From Salinispira sp. (lineage in GTDB: Bacteria; Spirochaetota; Spirochaetia; DSM-27196; Salinispiraceae): a stretch of 64,000 nt of DNA. The notes under the pieces are model-generated. The model was not told where the DNA came from and did not search any database. It was given only the letters and a program-made list of their open reading frames with translations. Shown here piece after piece: positions 28,973-39,015 of this stretch. Numbering within the stretch: the stretch's first letter is position 1; each line of letters begins with the position of its first letter. Location: positions 3,488,001-3,552,000 of the forward strand of contig OZ271918.1 of NCBI GenBank assembly GCA_965602015.1, in the 5' to 3' direction. Position numbers and translations under genes: made by a program.

Positions 28973-29716
28973 ATGAAGATAAAACGAGTACTACTTGGCA
29001 TCGGAATAGGTCTTGCGGTTCTGGTCATCGTCACTGCGGCTGGTCTGTACATCTGGTCGGTAACCGGTAGCTATGCCGCCGGGCAAGCCGCTCGGAATGC
29101 TCTCGAGTCGGATGATCTGGTCGAGGTGACTGTCGACCGCCGGATCAGGTTTGAGCCCCGGGACGGATATGATACCGGCGTGGTGTTTTATCCCGGCGGA
29201 CTGGTTGAGCCGGCAGCATATGCCCCGGTGCTCCGCAGAATGGCCCAAGACGGTGTTCTTGTGGTAATCGCTCCCATGCCCCTGAACCTGGCGCTGTTCA
29301 ACACCGGTGCTGCTGATGCGGTCTTTGGCGAGTACCCTGAGGTTTCCCGATGGGTTCTCGGCGGCCATTCCCTGGGCGGAACTGCAGCCGGCATCTTCGC
29401 ATCGGAAAACTCACAGCTCATTGATGCGTTGTTTTTCTGGGACTCCTATCCAACCGACGGCTCCAATCTTAGCACCCTGGAGCTTCCCGTTTTGTCGCTG
29501 TACGCATCGGCCGGGGGAACTGCTATTATCGAGGGCTTTGACTCACTAAAAAGTCTGCTCCCCCCGGGAACTCGATTCGAGGCTATTGAAGGAGCAAGCC
29601 ATGCTCAGTTCGGCGATTACGGAGCTCAGCGGGGTGATGTGGAGCCCCAAATCTCAATGGAAGCCCAACACGACATAATCTACATCCTAATGTCCGATTT
29701 TCTGAGCGGCCTGTAG
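28973..29716 (+). CDS. Alpha/beta hydrolase with N-terminal membrane anchor
   Basis: FYPGG, GHSLG nucleophile elbow, GASHAQFGDYG. Confidence 0.85.
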   Translation: MKIKRVLLGIGIGLAVLVIVTAAGLYIWSVTGSYAAGQAARNALESDDLVEVTVDRRIRFEPRDGYDTGVVFYPGGLVEPAAYAPVLRRMAQDGVLVVIAPMPLNLALFNTGAADAVFGEYPEVSRWVLGGHSLGGTAAGIFASENSQLIDALFFWDSYPTDGSNLSTLELPVLSLYASAGGTAIIEGFDSLKSLLPPGTRFEAIEGASHAQFGDYGAQRGDVEPQISMEAQHDIIYILMSDFLSGL

Positions 29717-29765
29717 CGAGGGTCGTAGCAAAGATTTTGAGCCGGAATCAAGATATCAGGAAGCT

Positions 29766-29800
29766 AAAAAAAAACCGCGGCCCGGGAGGGAGGGCCGCGG
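29766..29800 (-). terminator. Rho-independent terminator of the htrA pair
   Basis: Stem CCGCGGCCC/GGGCCGCGG followed by T9 on the minus strand. Confidence 0.85.
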
Positions 29801-29837
29801 CGGAAAGTCCGGTGCATATACGCACTCAGTGTCGATC

Positions 29838-31190
29838 CTATTGCTTCTCCAATCCGATAACGAATTGTACGTCATCCCGTTCGAGGCGGAACCGGTGCTC
29901 CCGGGAGCTTCCATGCTCCGAAAAAGCCCGACTTAAATCGTCCTGATTTTCTATTTCACGGTCGTTGATGCTCACGATTATGTCGCCGTTGCGGAATCCG
30001 CTGACCGCCGCCGGGCTGCCTTCCAGGACGCCGGCTATGCGCATTTGTCCCTCCGGGTCCTCAGCTGCGATAAAGCCGGGCCATACCCGGGTGTTATCCC
30101 GCTGCTCGTCGGATTCCCGATTTTGGAGGCGAACGCTGACAGTCTGCTCTCTGCCTGTCCGAATTATGGTCATCCGAAGTCGGCTGCCCGGTCTGCTGTT
30201 GCCGACGATGCGGATAAGGTCATCAGCGCCGGTTACCAGCGCGCCGTCAATTTCCGTCACCAGGTCGCCGGGAAGCAGATTACCCCGGTCGGCCGGTGAA
30301 TCGATAAAAATGTTGGAAATAAATGCGCCGGGTATATCATCGCCGTCGCTTACATAGGCCCCAAGCCAACCGTATTCAACCCGGCCGGACTCCGACAGCT
30401 GTTCAATGGTTCCGGTTATCGAATTGACAGGCACGGCGAAACCGATGCCGACGCTGCCGCCGGATGGCGATGCGATCCAGGTGTTGATGCCCACAACCTC
30501 GCCGCGGAGATTAACCAGCGGACCGCCGCTGTTACCCCGATTTATGGCGGCATCGGTTTGGATGTAATCCGTAAAGCTCGTACTACCCTGATTCGGACCG
30601 GTCCGCCGACCGGTTGCGGATATAATGCCCGAAGTCATGCTCGAGCTGAAACCAAGGGGATTGCCGATGGCCAAAACCCAATCGCCGACCCTCAAGCCGT
30701 CGGAATTCCCCAGGGTTGCCAGGGGCATGGTTTCATCGCTTTCGAAGCGGACCAGGGCGATATCTTTGCGTTCGTCGCTGCCTACCAGGGTACCGATAAA
30801 TCGCCGTCCGTCGGACAGGCGTACGCTTATCTCTTCGGCGTCGCCCACCACATGGGAGTTGGTGATTACCGTCACTGTGCGGCCCCTTTGGCTGATCATC
30901 ACGCCGGAACCCAGGCCGGTCTGGCGCAGTTCCCGGGTGCCGTTTTCCCGGCCGCGATTCTGGCCAAAGAACAGATCAAACGGGCTGTTGGTCGCAGGCA
31001 CTTCCACCACATCCACGACGTCGAGCTGAACGACGGTGGGAATTACCCGGTCGGCCACATAGTGAAAGCTGTTCTCCAGCTGCTCCAGAAGAGCGAAGCC
31101 CCGCTGAACATCCTGGTCGCCGTCCTGGGCCGTCATGCCCGGGGAAACCAGCAGCAATAATACGATTGAAGCAAAAAGGAATTTTCTCAT
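29838..31190 (-). CDS. DegP/HtrA serine protease with two PDZ domains (cleavable signal peptide)
   Basis: TNSHVV, DIAL and GNSGGPL triad motifs, IQTDAAIN. Confidence 0.92.
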   Translation of the reverse strand: MRKFLFASIVLLLLVSPGMTAQDGDQDVQRGFALLEQLENSFHYVADRVIPTVVQLDVVDVVEVPATNSPFDLFFGQNRGRENGTRELRQTGLGSGVMISQRGRTVTVITNSHVVGDAEEISVRLSDGRRFIGTLVGSDERKDIALVRFESDETMPLATLGNSDGLRVGDWVLAIGNPLGFSSSMTSGIISATGRRTGPNQGSTSFTDYIQTDAAINRGNSGGPLVNLRGEVVGINTWIASPSGGSVGIGFAVPVNSITGTIEQLSESGRVEYGWLGAYVSDGDDIPGAFISNIFIDSPADRGNLLPGDLVTEIDGALVTGADDLIRIVGNSRPGSRLRMTIIRTGREQTVSVRLQNRESDEQRDNTRVWPGFIAAEDPEGQMRIAGVLEGSPAAVSGFRNGDIIVSINDREIENQDDLSRAFSEHGSSREHRFRLERDDVQFVIGLEKQ

Positions 31191-31236
31191 CTCTTTCCTC
31201 CTGGTTAAACCTAACCTATGTTTGTCGATCCCGGCT

Positions 31237-32703
31237 TTATTGCTCGAGGATCAGGATAAAACGAGTACCGTTCCGAAGCACCTGCAGGGAAATCTCCTGA
31301 CCGGCGTCGGCTGAATTTATTTCTGCGTACAGGTCGTCCAGATTGGCTACCCGCCTCTGGTTGACCGCGACGATGATATCCCCCCGAAGCAAGCCTGTGG
31401 TCTCAGCCCGTGAGCCGTCGACCACCGCCGAAATCATTATTGATCCGTCATTGCGGCCGAGGTTAAAGCGGCGGCGCATCGAATCATCAATTTCGGCCAC
31501 TGAAAAACCCGGCCATATTCTTCTTGTCTGCCCGGAAAAACTCGCGTCATCCGGCCGTGTTCCCAGGGTGACGGAAATGCTGATGTCTTCCCCGCCGCGG
31601 GTTACAAAGACCTCGATCTCAGTCTCAGGGGGAAGCCTGCCAATAGAGGTGGTGAGCTGGCGGCTGTTTTCAATTTCACGCTGGTCGACTGCGGTTATCA
31701 GATCTCCGGGGAGAAGGCCTGACCGGTCCGCCGGCGAATCGAGGACGACGCTGGACACCAGACTGCCGGAGTTGTCTCCGGTGTCTCCGCTGAGAACGCC
31801 GAGCCAGCCGTAACTGATTCCCCCGTCGGCGATGATTTCATCGAGTCTGGCGTTGTTGATGGGCACGGCGAAGCCAATGCCCACGCTGCCTCCCGAGGAA
31901 GAGGCGATCCAGGTGTTAATTCCCACCACTTCACCCCGGGTATTCACCAGCGCGCCGCCGGAGTTACCCGGATTGATGGCCGCATCGGTCTGAATGTAAT
32001 CGGTGAATCCCGCTACCCGGCTATTGCCGGTGCTTTCCCGGCCTAAGGCGCTGACGATGCCCTGCGTCACCGTTGAACGGAAGCCCAGGGGAGACCCGAC
32101 GGCCATAACGATATCGCCGACCTGGAGTCCGTCGGAATCGCCTATTTCGGCAAGGGGCATTTCCTCATCGGTGATGACCCGGACTATCGCCAGGTCCCTG
32201 CCGGGATCGCTTCCCGCCAGTTCGCCATTAAATTCCCGGCCGTCAAAAAGAGTGACTAAAATCTCGTCCGCATCGCCCACTACGTGGTAATTGCTCAGGA
32301 TGTATACAGATTCCTGGTCGCGGCTTACGATTACGCCGGAACCTATGCCTTCCTGCTGTTCTTCCCGGGGCGTGCGGTTGTTGTCGAAGAAAAAATCAAA
32401 GGGCGAGCGGTTCGAAGGCACCCGCCTCTGCACATTTTCCACTACCTCTACCGAGACCACCGCCGGCAATATTCCCTCGGCAGTGCTGCGAAGAGCGGCC
32501 TGCATCATATCAAGGTCACGGGAGACCGGTCCTTCAGCTCCGGCGTCGAAAGAGGCTGAGGGCTGAATTTCAATAATCGAACTGCCGCCGCTGCCCAGTA
32601 AGTATCCGGCTCCCAAGGCAGCGCCGAGGGCCGCCAGGGAAATGAGAACAACGACAATTCTTTTAATCCCGCTGTTTGGTCTTGGGGTTACATTGCGTTC
32701 CAT
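31237..32703 (-). CDS. DegP/HtrA serine protease with two PDZ domains (N-terminal anchor)
   Basis: SNYHVV, DLAI, GNSGGAL. Paralog of the neighbouring gene. Confidence 0.92.
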   Translation of the reverse strand: MERNVTPRPNSGIKRIVVVLISLAALGAALGAGYLLGSGGSSIIEIQPSASFDAGAEGPVSRDLDMMQAALRSTAEGILPAVVSVEVVENVQRRVPSNRSPFDFFFDNNRTPREEQQEGIGSGVIVSRDQESVYILSNYHVVGDADEILVTLFDGREFNGELAGSDPGRDLAIVRVITDEEMPLAEIGDSDGLQVGDIVMAVGSPLGFRSTVTQGIVSALGRESTGNSRVAGFTDYIQTDAAINPGNSGGALVNTRGEVVGINTWIASSSGGSVGIGFAVPINNARLDEIIADGGISYGWLGVLSGDTGDNSGSLVSSVVLDSPADRSGLLPGDLITAVDQREIENSRQLTTSIGRLPPETEIEVFVTRGGEDISISVTLGTRPDDASFSGQTRRIWPGFSVAEIDDSMRRRFNLGRNDGSIMISAVVDGSRAETTGLLRGDIIVAVNQRRVANLDDLYAEINSADAGQEISLQVLRNGTRFILILEQ

Positions 32704-32767
32704 GCTTTACCTCCGGTTTCTCTGATATGAAAATAACCGGCGTTCCTATCGCATGCATGAACGCAGC

Positions 32768-32783
32768 ATTACATTTTTGTAAT
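32768..32783. promoter_or_regulatory. Cop-box / CusR-box-like palindrome upstream of the htrA pair
   Basis: ATTACA-TTTT-TGTAAT, 65-80 nt upstream of the htrA ATG. Confidence 0.6.
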
Positions 32784-32848
32784 TCTAGTACTGCCCCGAA
32801 AACAGCTGATTTCCACCCGCCCATGGTGCCGGCACGGGAACGCGGAGG

Positions 32849-34243
32849 TTAACCCGGAGCCTCGGATTCCGGCAGCAGGACCGAGAACCTGCTCCCTCTT
32901 CCCGCTGTGCTTTCCGCTTCAACCCGTCCCCCATGGGCTTCAGCCAGGGCCTTCACCAAAGCCAAGCCGAGGCCGCTGCCGGGAAACGACCGGCTCTTGT
33001 CCCCCCGATACATCCGCTCCCAAATATGCGGAAGGTCTTCTTCCTCGATTCCCGGACCCCGGTCGCTGACCGATATGCAAATATTAGCTTCCTGCCGACG
33101 GATTTCTATGGCGATGGGGCTTCCCTCCGGGCTGTACTTAATCGCGTTGTCCAGGTAATTAGCGAGAATCTGCCTAACGGCGTCGGGGCGGACCGTGGCG
33201 TACAGCGGAGCCTGGGGAGCACGCACCTCAATGCGACCCTCGCCCTCGGGCCCGGAATAAGAATAGAGGTCCGCCAAATCCGAGGCCAGCTCAACAATAT
33301 CATGGGTTTCCAGTTTTCCCGGAACCATGTGGTTCTCCGCCCTGCTTATTTCCATAACGGTTTTAATGATTCCCTCAATATGCCGGGCCTCGTCGAGACA
33401 GACTTGCAATGCTTTTTCGCTTTCCTGTACATTCCCGGGATTCTGGAGGGCCATCTCCGCCCTCTGTGCAAGGCGGGTTATGGGGGTCCGCAAATCATGG
33501 GCGATGTTGTCCAGACCGCTGCGGGATCCCCTGATGAGTCGGGCAATCTGGCCGCTCATTTCGTTGAAGCTTTGGGTCAACAGCTCGATTTCCTCTCCGG
33601 CTCCCGGAGCGGACAGGGCGACTCTTCCGATTTCCGAAGCCTGTATGTTTCCGATCTCTCTCGCGAGATCGCTTATGGGCCGGACCATTCGCCTGGCAGC
33701 CGCTGCGGACACGCCGAGTCCGGGCAAGGCTATCAGCAGCACCATCAGCAATGAGCCAGAGGTGAACCTGGCCAGTATGCCCCTGCGCTCTTCTGCGGAA
33801 ATTATCAGCTGCAGCTGATTTCCGTCCCCCAGTACCAGGTTGCGGATTTCCAAATTTCCTCCGGGAGTACGGCTGTCCAGAGTATATATGCGGTTTTCCT
33901 CCATAGGTAATTGCGAAAGGGCGTTGTCCAGAACGGGCAGGTTCCATACCGAGGGCGCATAGAAATACAATGTCCGGTTTTCCGCGCTGGCGATGCGGAT
34001 GGCGAATAATCGGTCTTCGGCGGCCAGCTGCTCCAGGCTGAGCTCACGCCTGATCAGGTTTATTCCTCCGCTGCGGTATACTGCCCAATACTCCAGCAGT
34101 CGGTTGTCGAGGAAGCCCCGGTCCGCCCTGGTGAGGCTGGAGCGCAGGTAAAAAATCGACGCCAGAGTTACTGCGCCGGCGGTTACGGTGAACAACAATA
34201 GAAATGACGCGATAAAACGGGTGCTAATTTTCCCGAATGACAT
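32849..34243 (-). CDS. HAMP-domain sensor histidine kinase
   Basis: Two TMs, H-box IAHDLRTP, N-box NYLDNAIKY, DRGPG, GSGLGL. Confidence 0.92.
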   Translation of the reverse strand: MSFGKISTRFIASFLLLFTVTAGAVTLASIFYLRSSLTRADRGFLDNRLLEYWAVYRSGGINLIRRELSLEQLAAEDRLFAIRIASAENRTLYFYAPSVWNLPVLDNALSQLPMEENRIYTLDSRTPGGNLEIRNLVLGDGNQLQLIISAEERRGILARFTSGSLLMVLLIALPGLGVSAAAARRMVRPISDLAREIGNIQASEIGRVALSAPGAGEEIELLTQSFNEMSGQIARLIRGSRSGLDNIAHDLRTPITRLAQRAEMALQNPGNVQESEKALQVCLDEARHIEGIIKTVMEISRAENHMVPGKLETHDIVELASDLADLYSYSGPEGEGRIEVRAPQAPLYATVRPDAVRQILANYLDNAIKYSPEGSPIAIEIRRQEANICISVSDRGPGIEEEDLPHIWERMYRGDKSRSFPGSGLGLALVKALAEAHGGRVEAESTAGRGSRFSVLLPESEAPG

Positions 34244-34904
34244 AGCCGGTTCCCCTGACGGTGTGGATAAGCTCGTGTTCCGGATCCACTTTCCCCCGGA
34301 GTCGATGGACCAGGACGTCTACCACATTGGTTTGAGGATCGAAGTGATAATCCCAAATGTGCTCGAGGATCATGGTTTTGGACACCACATTGCCCTGATT
34401 CACTAACAAGTATTCCAGGAGGGCGAATTCCCGTTTGGGAAGTTCGATTGCCGCACCGCGGCTTCTTACAAGTCGTTTTAACCGGTCCAGTTCGATAAAT
34501 CCGCAGCGCAGCAGGCCTTCGGCAGGTTTTTGCCCGGTGGCTCCGGCGGCCCTGCGCAGCAACGCCTGCACCCGGGCCAGCAGCTCGGCAAAGCTGAAGG
34601 GTTTGGTGAGGTAGTCATCGGCCCCGGCCGCAAAGCCTTCCAGGCGGTTGTCGACGTCGGTGCGGGCGCTGAGAATGATTACCGGGGTTTGAAATCCCCT
34701 GCCACGCAGTTCATGTATGATCTCCAGCCCCGACATCCCTGGCAGCATGATGTCCAATACGAGACAATCGTATTCATGTTTCACGGCCATTTTCAGACCT
34801 TCTGAACCATTACCGGTGGTGTCGCAGTCAAAGCGGTGCTGTTCAAAACCCTTTGATATAAACCGGCGAATGGCCTCGTCATCTTCAACAATGAGAATCC
34901 GCAT
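34224..34904 (-). CDS. OmpR-family response regulator (CusR/CopR-like)
   Basis: LDIMLP, DDYLTKPF, IWDYHFDPQTNVVDV, TVRGTGY. Confidence 0.92.
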   Translation of the reverse strand: MRILIVEDDEAIRRFISKGFEQHRFDCDTTGNGSEGLKMAVKHEYDCLVLDIMLPGMSGLEIIHELRGRGFQTPVIILSARTDVDNRLEGFAAGADDYLTKPFSFAELLARVQALLRRAAGATGQKPAEGLLRCGFIELDRLKRLVRSRGAAIELPKREFALLEYLLVNQGNVVSKTMILEHIWDYHFDPQTNVVDVLVHRLRGKVDPEHELIHTVRGTGYVIREN

Positions 34905-35009
34905 CTGATCTCCAGTTTTATTATAGCAAAAATGTTGATTGATATGAAATTTGCGGCAATGGCGAGGATGAAATACAATTCCATAGATCGCAATGCTTGA
35001 GGAGTATTA

Positions 35010-35456
35010 ATGAGAAAGCGGCAAATGACAATTCTGCTTGGTATTCTATTATTTTGCGTATTTACCACCGGCGCGGTCGCCCAGGGCTTTGGAATCGGGG
35101 TAATTGCCGGCGAGCCAAGCGGCATAAGCATGAAGTCCGGGAGCTTTCCGGTTATCGGCATCGGCTGGTCGACCATCCTTAACCGTCTGGACGCCACGGT
35201 GGATATGTGGATTATCAATGAAGCCCTTGCAGACCCTTTCAACTGGTACCTCGGTGTGGGAGGGAAGCTCGGACTCAGATTCGCGGATGACAAAGACGGG
35301 GGCCCAGTGGGTCTCGGAGTACGGGTGCCTGTGGGCCTGCAGTGGTGGTTACGTGGAGACATTGAACTGTTTCTCGAGCTGGCTCCTGGCCTGGCCCTGC
35401 TTCCGTCAACCGTGTTTGATTTCGGCGGCGGAGTGGGCATACGCTTTTATTTTTAG
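35010..35456 (+). CDS. Small outer-membrane beta-barrel protein
   Basis: Signal peptide AVA-Q, amphipathic strands, C-terminal GIRFYF. Confidence 0.7.
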   Translation: MRKRQMTILLGILLFCVFTTGAVAQGFGIGVIAGEPSGISMKSGSFPVIGIGWSTILNRLDATVDMWIINEALADPFNWYLGVGGKLGLRFADDKDGGPVGLGVRVPVGLQWWLRGDIELFLELAPGLALLPSTVFDFGGGVGIRFYF

Positions 35457-35501
35457 CGTATTTCCTTTTAGCGCTCTTACAGACGAGGAGCCTGTTTTAA
35501 G

Positions 35502-36848
35502 GTGGGCGGGTTGATTCTTCAAATAGTGGCTCTGTTGATCTCTGTATTTGCCCTGGTATACTTCGCCTACCGCGGGGTAAGCGTCCTTGTGCTCGCCCCC
35601 CTTTTGGCGATGATTACTGCGGTCATGGCCGGTGATTTTCCGGGCTTAACGGCTCTTTCGAGCCACTTCATGCCCGCTGCGGCACAGTACATCTCGATAT
35701 ATTTTCCGGTCTTTCTGAGCGGAGCCTTATTCGGCAAGCTGATGAGCGCTTCGGGCTCCGCCGAACGGATAGCCCATTGGATAGTCGGCCGCTTCGGCGC
35801 TCGACGGGCGGTGCCTGCGGTGTTCATTGCCACGGCGGTGCTTACATACGGCGGCGTATCGCTGTTCATCGTGGTTTTCGCCATGTATCCCATTGCCGCA
35901 ATGCTGTTCCGCGAGGCGGACATTCCAAAGCGGCTCATACCTGCAGTGATTGCAGCCGGCGCCTTCACTTTTACCATGACCGGCATGCCCGGTTCTCCGC
36001 AGGCGCTCAACGCCATGCCGACAGTTTATTTTAATACGGGAATTTATGCCGGCGCCGTTCCGGGACTGGCTGCTTCTGCGGTTATGGTAGTCCTTTCCCT
36101 GTGGTGGCTCGGCCGTTCGGCCCGGCGGGCCGCCGCCCGGGGTGAGGGTTACGGAACTCACCGGGAAGTCGAGCTTTGTGAGGCCACTGACCGACTGCCC
36201 CCCCTGCGGGCCGCAGTGCTTCCCCTTCTGCTAATTTTTATCTTCAATGCGCTGCTCGACGGCCTGATTTTTGCCGATGTCAGGGTTGCGGACCGCTTCG
36301 GGAACTCGGTCAACGGAACCTGGCCGGTAATCATTTCCATCAGCCTGACCTCATGTGTAATGCTTGTCTACTTGAGAAGATATCTTCCTTCGCCACTCAA
36401 ACTCGTCAGGGAGGGAGCCGAATCTTCACTCATTCCGACATTCAATACCGCCTCCGTGGTGGGCTACGGAGGGGTAGTCCGGGCCCTGACCTCCTTCGCC
36501 CTGATCAAGGGCGCTCTTTCGGCAATGAGGCTTCCTGAAGTTCTCAAAGTCGGTCTGTCGACCGGCGTAATTTCGGGGATTGTCGGTTCGGCTTCCGGCG
36601 GCACGGCAATTGCCCTGGATTTGCTGGCTCCTGAGTTTCTTGAAATGTCGGTTCATCCCGGCACGCTGCACCGCATCCTTGTATTGTCATCGGGAGTTTT
36701 TGATTCACTGCCCCACAGCGGCGGGATAATCACCCTGCTGGCAGTAACCGGCCTGAGTCATCGCGAAAGCTACGCAGACATCGCGGCGGTTACCATAGCC
36801 TCGCCGCTGTTGGCAACCGGGGTCGCAATGGCTGTTGCCATGCTGTAA
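35502..36848 (+). CDS. GntP family permease
   Basis: LTYGGVSLF, PGSPQALN, GSASGG, DSLPHSG motifs. Confidence 0.85.
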   Translation: MGGLILQIVALLISVFALVYFAYRGVSVLVLAPLLAMITAVMAGDFPGLTALSSHFMPAAAQYISIYFPVFLSGALFGKLMSASGSAERIAHWIVGRFGARRAVPAVFIATAVLTYGGVSLFIVVFAMYPIAAMLFREADIPKRLIPAVIAAGAFTFTMTGMPGSPQALNAMPTVYFNTGIYAGAVPGLAASAVMVVLSLWWLGRSARRAAARGEGYGTHREVELCEATDRLPPLRAAVLPLLLIFIFNALLDGLIFADVRVADRFGNSVNGTWPVIISISLTSCVMLVYLRRYLPSPLKLVREGAESSLIPTFNTASVVGYGGVVRALTSFALIKGALSAMRLPEVLKVGLSTGVISGIVGSASGGTAIALDLLAPEFLEMSVHPGTLHRILVLSSGVFDSLPHSGGIITLLAVTGLSHRESYADIAAVTIASPLLATGVAMAVAML

Positions 36849-36849
36849 A

Positions 36850-37044
36850 TCAGGAATTAATGACCTTTACCCGCCCGACCTGGCCGTCGTCCAGCCGAAC
36901 TTTAATTCCGTGGGGATGGTAGGCTGACTTGGTGAGTATATCCTGTACAGTGCCCTCGGTCAGTTTTCCGCTGCGCTGATCGTGCTTGAGTACGATTGAG
37001 ACCTTCGCGCCGGAAACTATATTCTTACGTTCCCTGCCATCCAC
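36850..37044 (-). CDS. YwbE (DUF2196) family protein
   Basis: IVLKHDQRSGKLTEG...HPHGIKVRL..GQVGRV. Confidence 0.85.
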   Translation of the reverse strand: MDGRERKNIVSGAKVSIVLKHDQRSGKLTEGTVQDILTKSAYHPHGIKVRLDDGQVGRVKVINS

Positions 37045-37078
37045 TGGCTGCCTCCTTGCTGTGAAATCCTGCCGCTGA

Positions 37079-38200
37079 CTAAATAACCGACATCAGAATG
37101 CCCGCCGCAAGTGCCGACCCGATAACCCCGGCCACATTGGGTCCCATGGCGTGGACAAGCAGGTAATTGTCCGGATCTTCCTGCCTGCCCAAAGTATGGG
37201 CCACCCGGGCTGCCATGGGGACCGCCGAAACCCCGGCGGCTCCCACCAGAGGATTGATTTTTTCCTTTGAGAGAAGATTCATGAGTTTGGCAAAGAGCAC
37301 ACCGCAGGCTGTTGCGACGGAAAACGCCACAGCTCCGAGAAGAAAAATTTGAATGACCTCCCAGCTCAAAAACTTGTCAGCCCTGGTGCTTACCCCGATG
37401 GAAAAACCGAGCAGGATGGTAACCGAGTCGATAAAACTGGTGCGGGCGGTCTGGGCGAGCCGTTCGGTCACCCCACTCTCCTTGAGTATATTCCCGAAAA
37501 AGAGGGTGCCGAGCAGGGGGATGGCCCCCGGGGCCAGCAGGGTGGTAATGATCAATCCAGCGATGGGGAAGAGCACCTTCTCCCTGCGGGAAACCTGTCG
37601 CTGGGGCTTCATGCGAATTCTCCGTTCTTCCTTGCTGGTGAGCAGCTTGATAATCGGAGGCTGGATAAAGGGAACAAGGGCCATATAAGAATAGCCGGCG
37701 ATGGCCGTGGCGCCCAGGAGCTGGGGGGCCAGCTTGCTGGTCACGAAAATGGTCGTGGGCCCGTCGGCACCGCCGATAATGCCGATGCTCGCCGCCTCGT
37801 TTATCGGGAAACCGAGGGCAAGAGCCCCCAGCATGGTCAGGAAGATGCCTGCCTGGGCGGCGGCCCCGAGCAGGATGAGCTTCGGGTTCGCCAACATGGC
37901 TGAGAAGTCGGTCATTGCGCCAAGACCGAGGAAAATCAGCGGCGGAAAAATGCCCTGCTTTACTCCCGTGTAGATTGTGTTAAGGAAGCTTCCTTCTTCA
38001 AAAACCGACACCCCTTCTACCATGCCGGCGGGAATATTCCCGACGATAATGCCGAAGCCTATGGGAACCAGCAGCAGGGGCTCCCAGCCCTTGGTTATCG
38101 CCAGAATTATCAGGACTATGCCAACGGCTCCCATCAGCACGTTTCCCCAGCTGAGGCCTGCGAATCCCGTGCCGGCGAGATAGTTCAAAATGCTGTCCAT
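37079..38200 (-). CDS. mmdB: Na+-translocating decarboxylase beta subunit
   Basis: EPLLLVPIGFG, GIIGGADGPT, GVSAVPMAARV, MGPNVAGVIGSA. Confidence 0.92.
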   Translation of the reverse strand: MDSILNYLAGTGFAGLSWGNVLMGAVGIVLIILAITKGWEPLLLVPIGFGIIVGNIPAGMVEGVSVFEEGSFLNTIYTGVKQGIFPPLIFLGLGAMTDFSAMLANPKLILLGAAAQAGIFLTMLGALALGFPINEAASIGIIGGADGPTTIFVTSKLAPQLLGATAIAGYSYMALVPFIQPPIIKLLTSKEERRIRMKPQRQVSRREKVLFPIAGLIITTLLAPGAIPLLGTLFFGNILKESGVTERLAQTARTSFIDSVTILLGFSIGVSTRADKFLSWEVIQIFLLGAVAFSVATACGVLFAKLMNLLSKEKINPLVGAAGVSAVPMAARVAHTLGRQEDPDNYLLVHAMGPNVAGVIGSALAAGILMSVI

Positions 38201-38212
38201 AGGGTATTCTCC

Positions 38213-38641
38213 TCAGTCCCCGATATGGGCTATCAGGTCGCCTTCCATGACGTTTTGGCCTTCGCTGACTGCCAGTTCTTTCACGGTGCCCGAATACGGG
38301 CTCATCACCTCATTCTGCATTTTCATCGCTTCCAGAATACATACGGTATCGCCGCTTTTTACCTGGTCTCCCGGTTTGACGTTGACCTTGATGACCGCTC
38401 CGGGAAGCGGGGCGGAAATCCTTCCGCTGGCGCTGAGGCCCGCCGGAGAGGTCCGCTTCACCGCCGGTACCTGTGAGACCGAAGTTTTCGGAATGGTGAT
38501 GGTGGGAGTTTTGCGCTGCTCCTCCTCGAGACTTACCTGATATTCTTCGCCGTTCACCGACAGCGTGAGCTGGCTGCCGTCGATGGCGTGAATATCGACC
38601 TTGTACGAATTGCCGCTTATTTTGAATGTGAACTGCTTCAT
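38213..38641 (-). CDS. mmdC: Biotin carboxyl carrier subunit
   Basis: EAMKM biotinylation motif. The start ATG 38641 overlaps the upstream stop. Confidence 0.9.
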   Translation of the reverse strand: MKQFTFKISGNSYKVDIHAIDGSQLTLSVNGEEYQVSLEEEQRKTPTITIPKTSVSQVPAVKRTSPAGLSASGRISAPLPGAVIKVNVKPGDQVKSGDTVCILEAMKMQNEVMSPYSGTVKELAVSEGQNVMEGDLIAHIGD

Positions 38642-39015
38642 CTGTTCTTCTCCTGGATTCGACGGCTCTGCATGTGCTGGTGTTGGGAAATGAGGTCGAC
38701 GGTTTGTCCCTGCTTCCACGGCGAAAAGGGCTTGGTCACCTTGGTGATGGTCAGCCGGGCCTCCTTCTCGAGATCAAATGACCGCAGGTCAAGAAATATT
38801 GCCGCGGCGATGGCCGCCACCACCTCGGTATTGGCGGGCTGGCAGCGGGCGGGACCCGGGTCTTCCGGGTCAGGGCAGCCTTCACCGTTCTTGTTTGCGA
38901 TCCTCATAAATAGCGCTTTGCTGATTGTCAGGACTATTGTCAGGAGCAGCAGCCCGAGGAAGACGCCGAGTATTCCGAGGGCGGCGATGTAGAGGTATTC
39001 TCCCAGGCCGGTCAT
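38638..39015 (-). CDS. mmdD: OadG-family (delta) membrane anchor subunit
   Basis: N-terminal [12 protein letters not shown] motif, SPWK, and operon position. Confidence 0.8.
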   Translation of the reverse strand: MTGLGEYLYIAALGILGVFLGLLLLTIVLTISKALFMRIANKNGEGCPDPEDPGPARCQPANTEVVAAIAAAIFLDLRSFDLEKEARLTITKVTKPFSPWKQGQTVDLISQHQHMQSRRIQEKNR

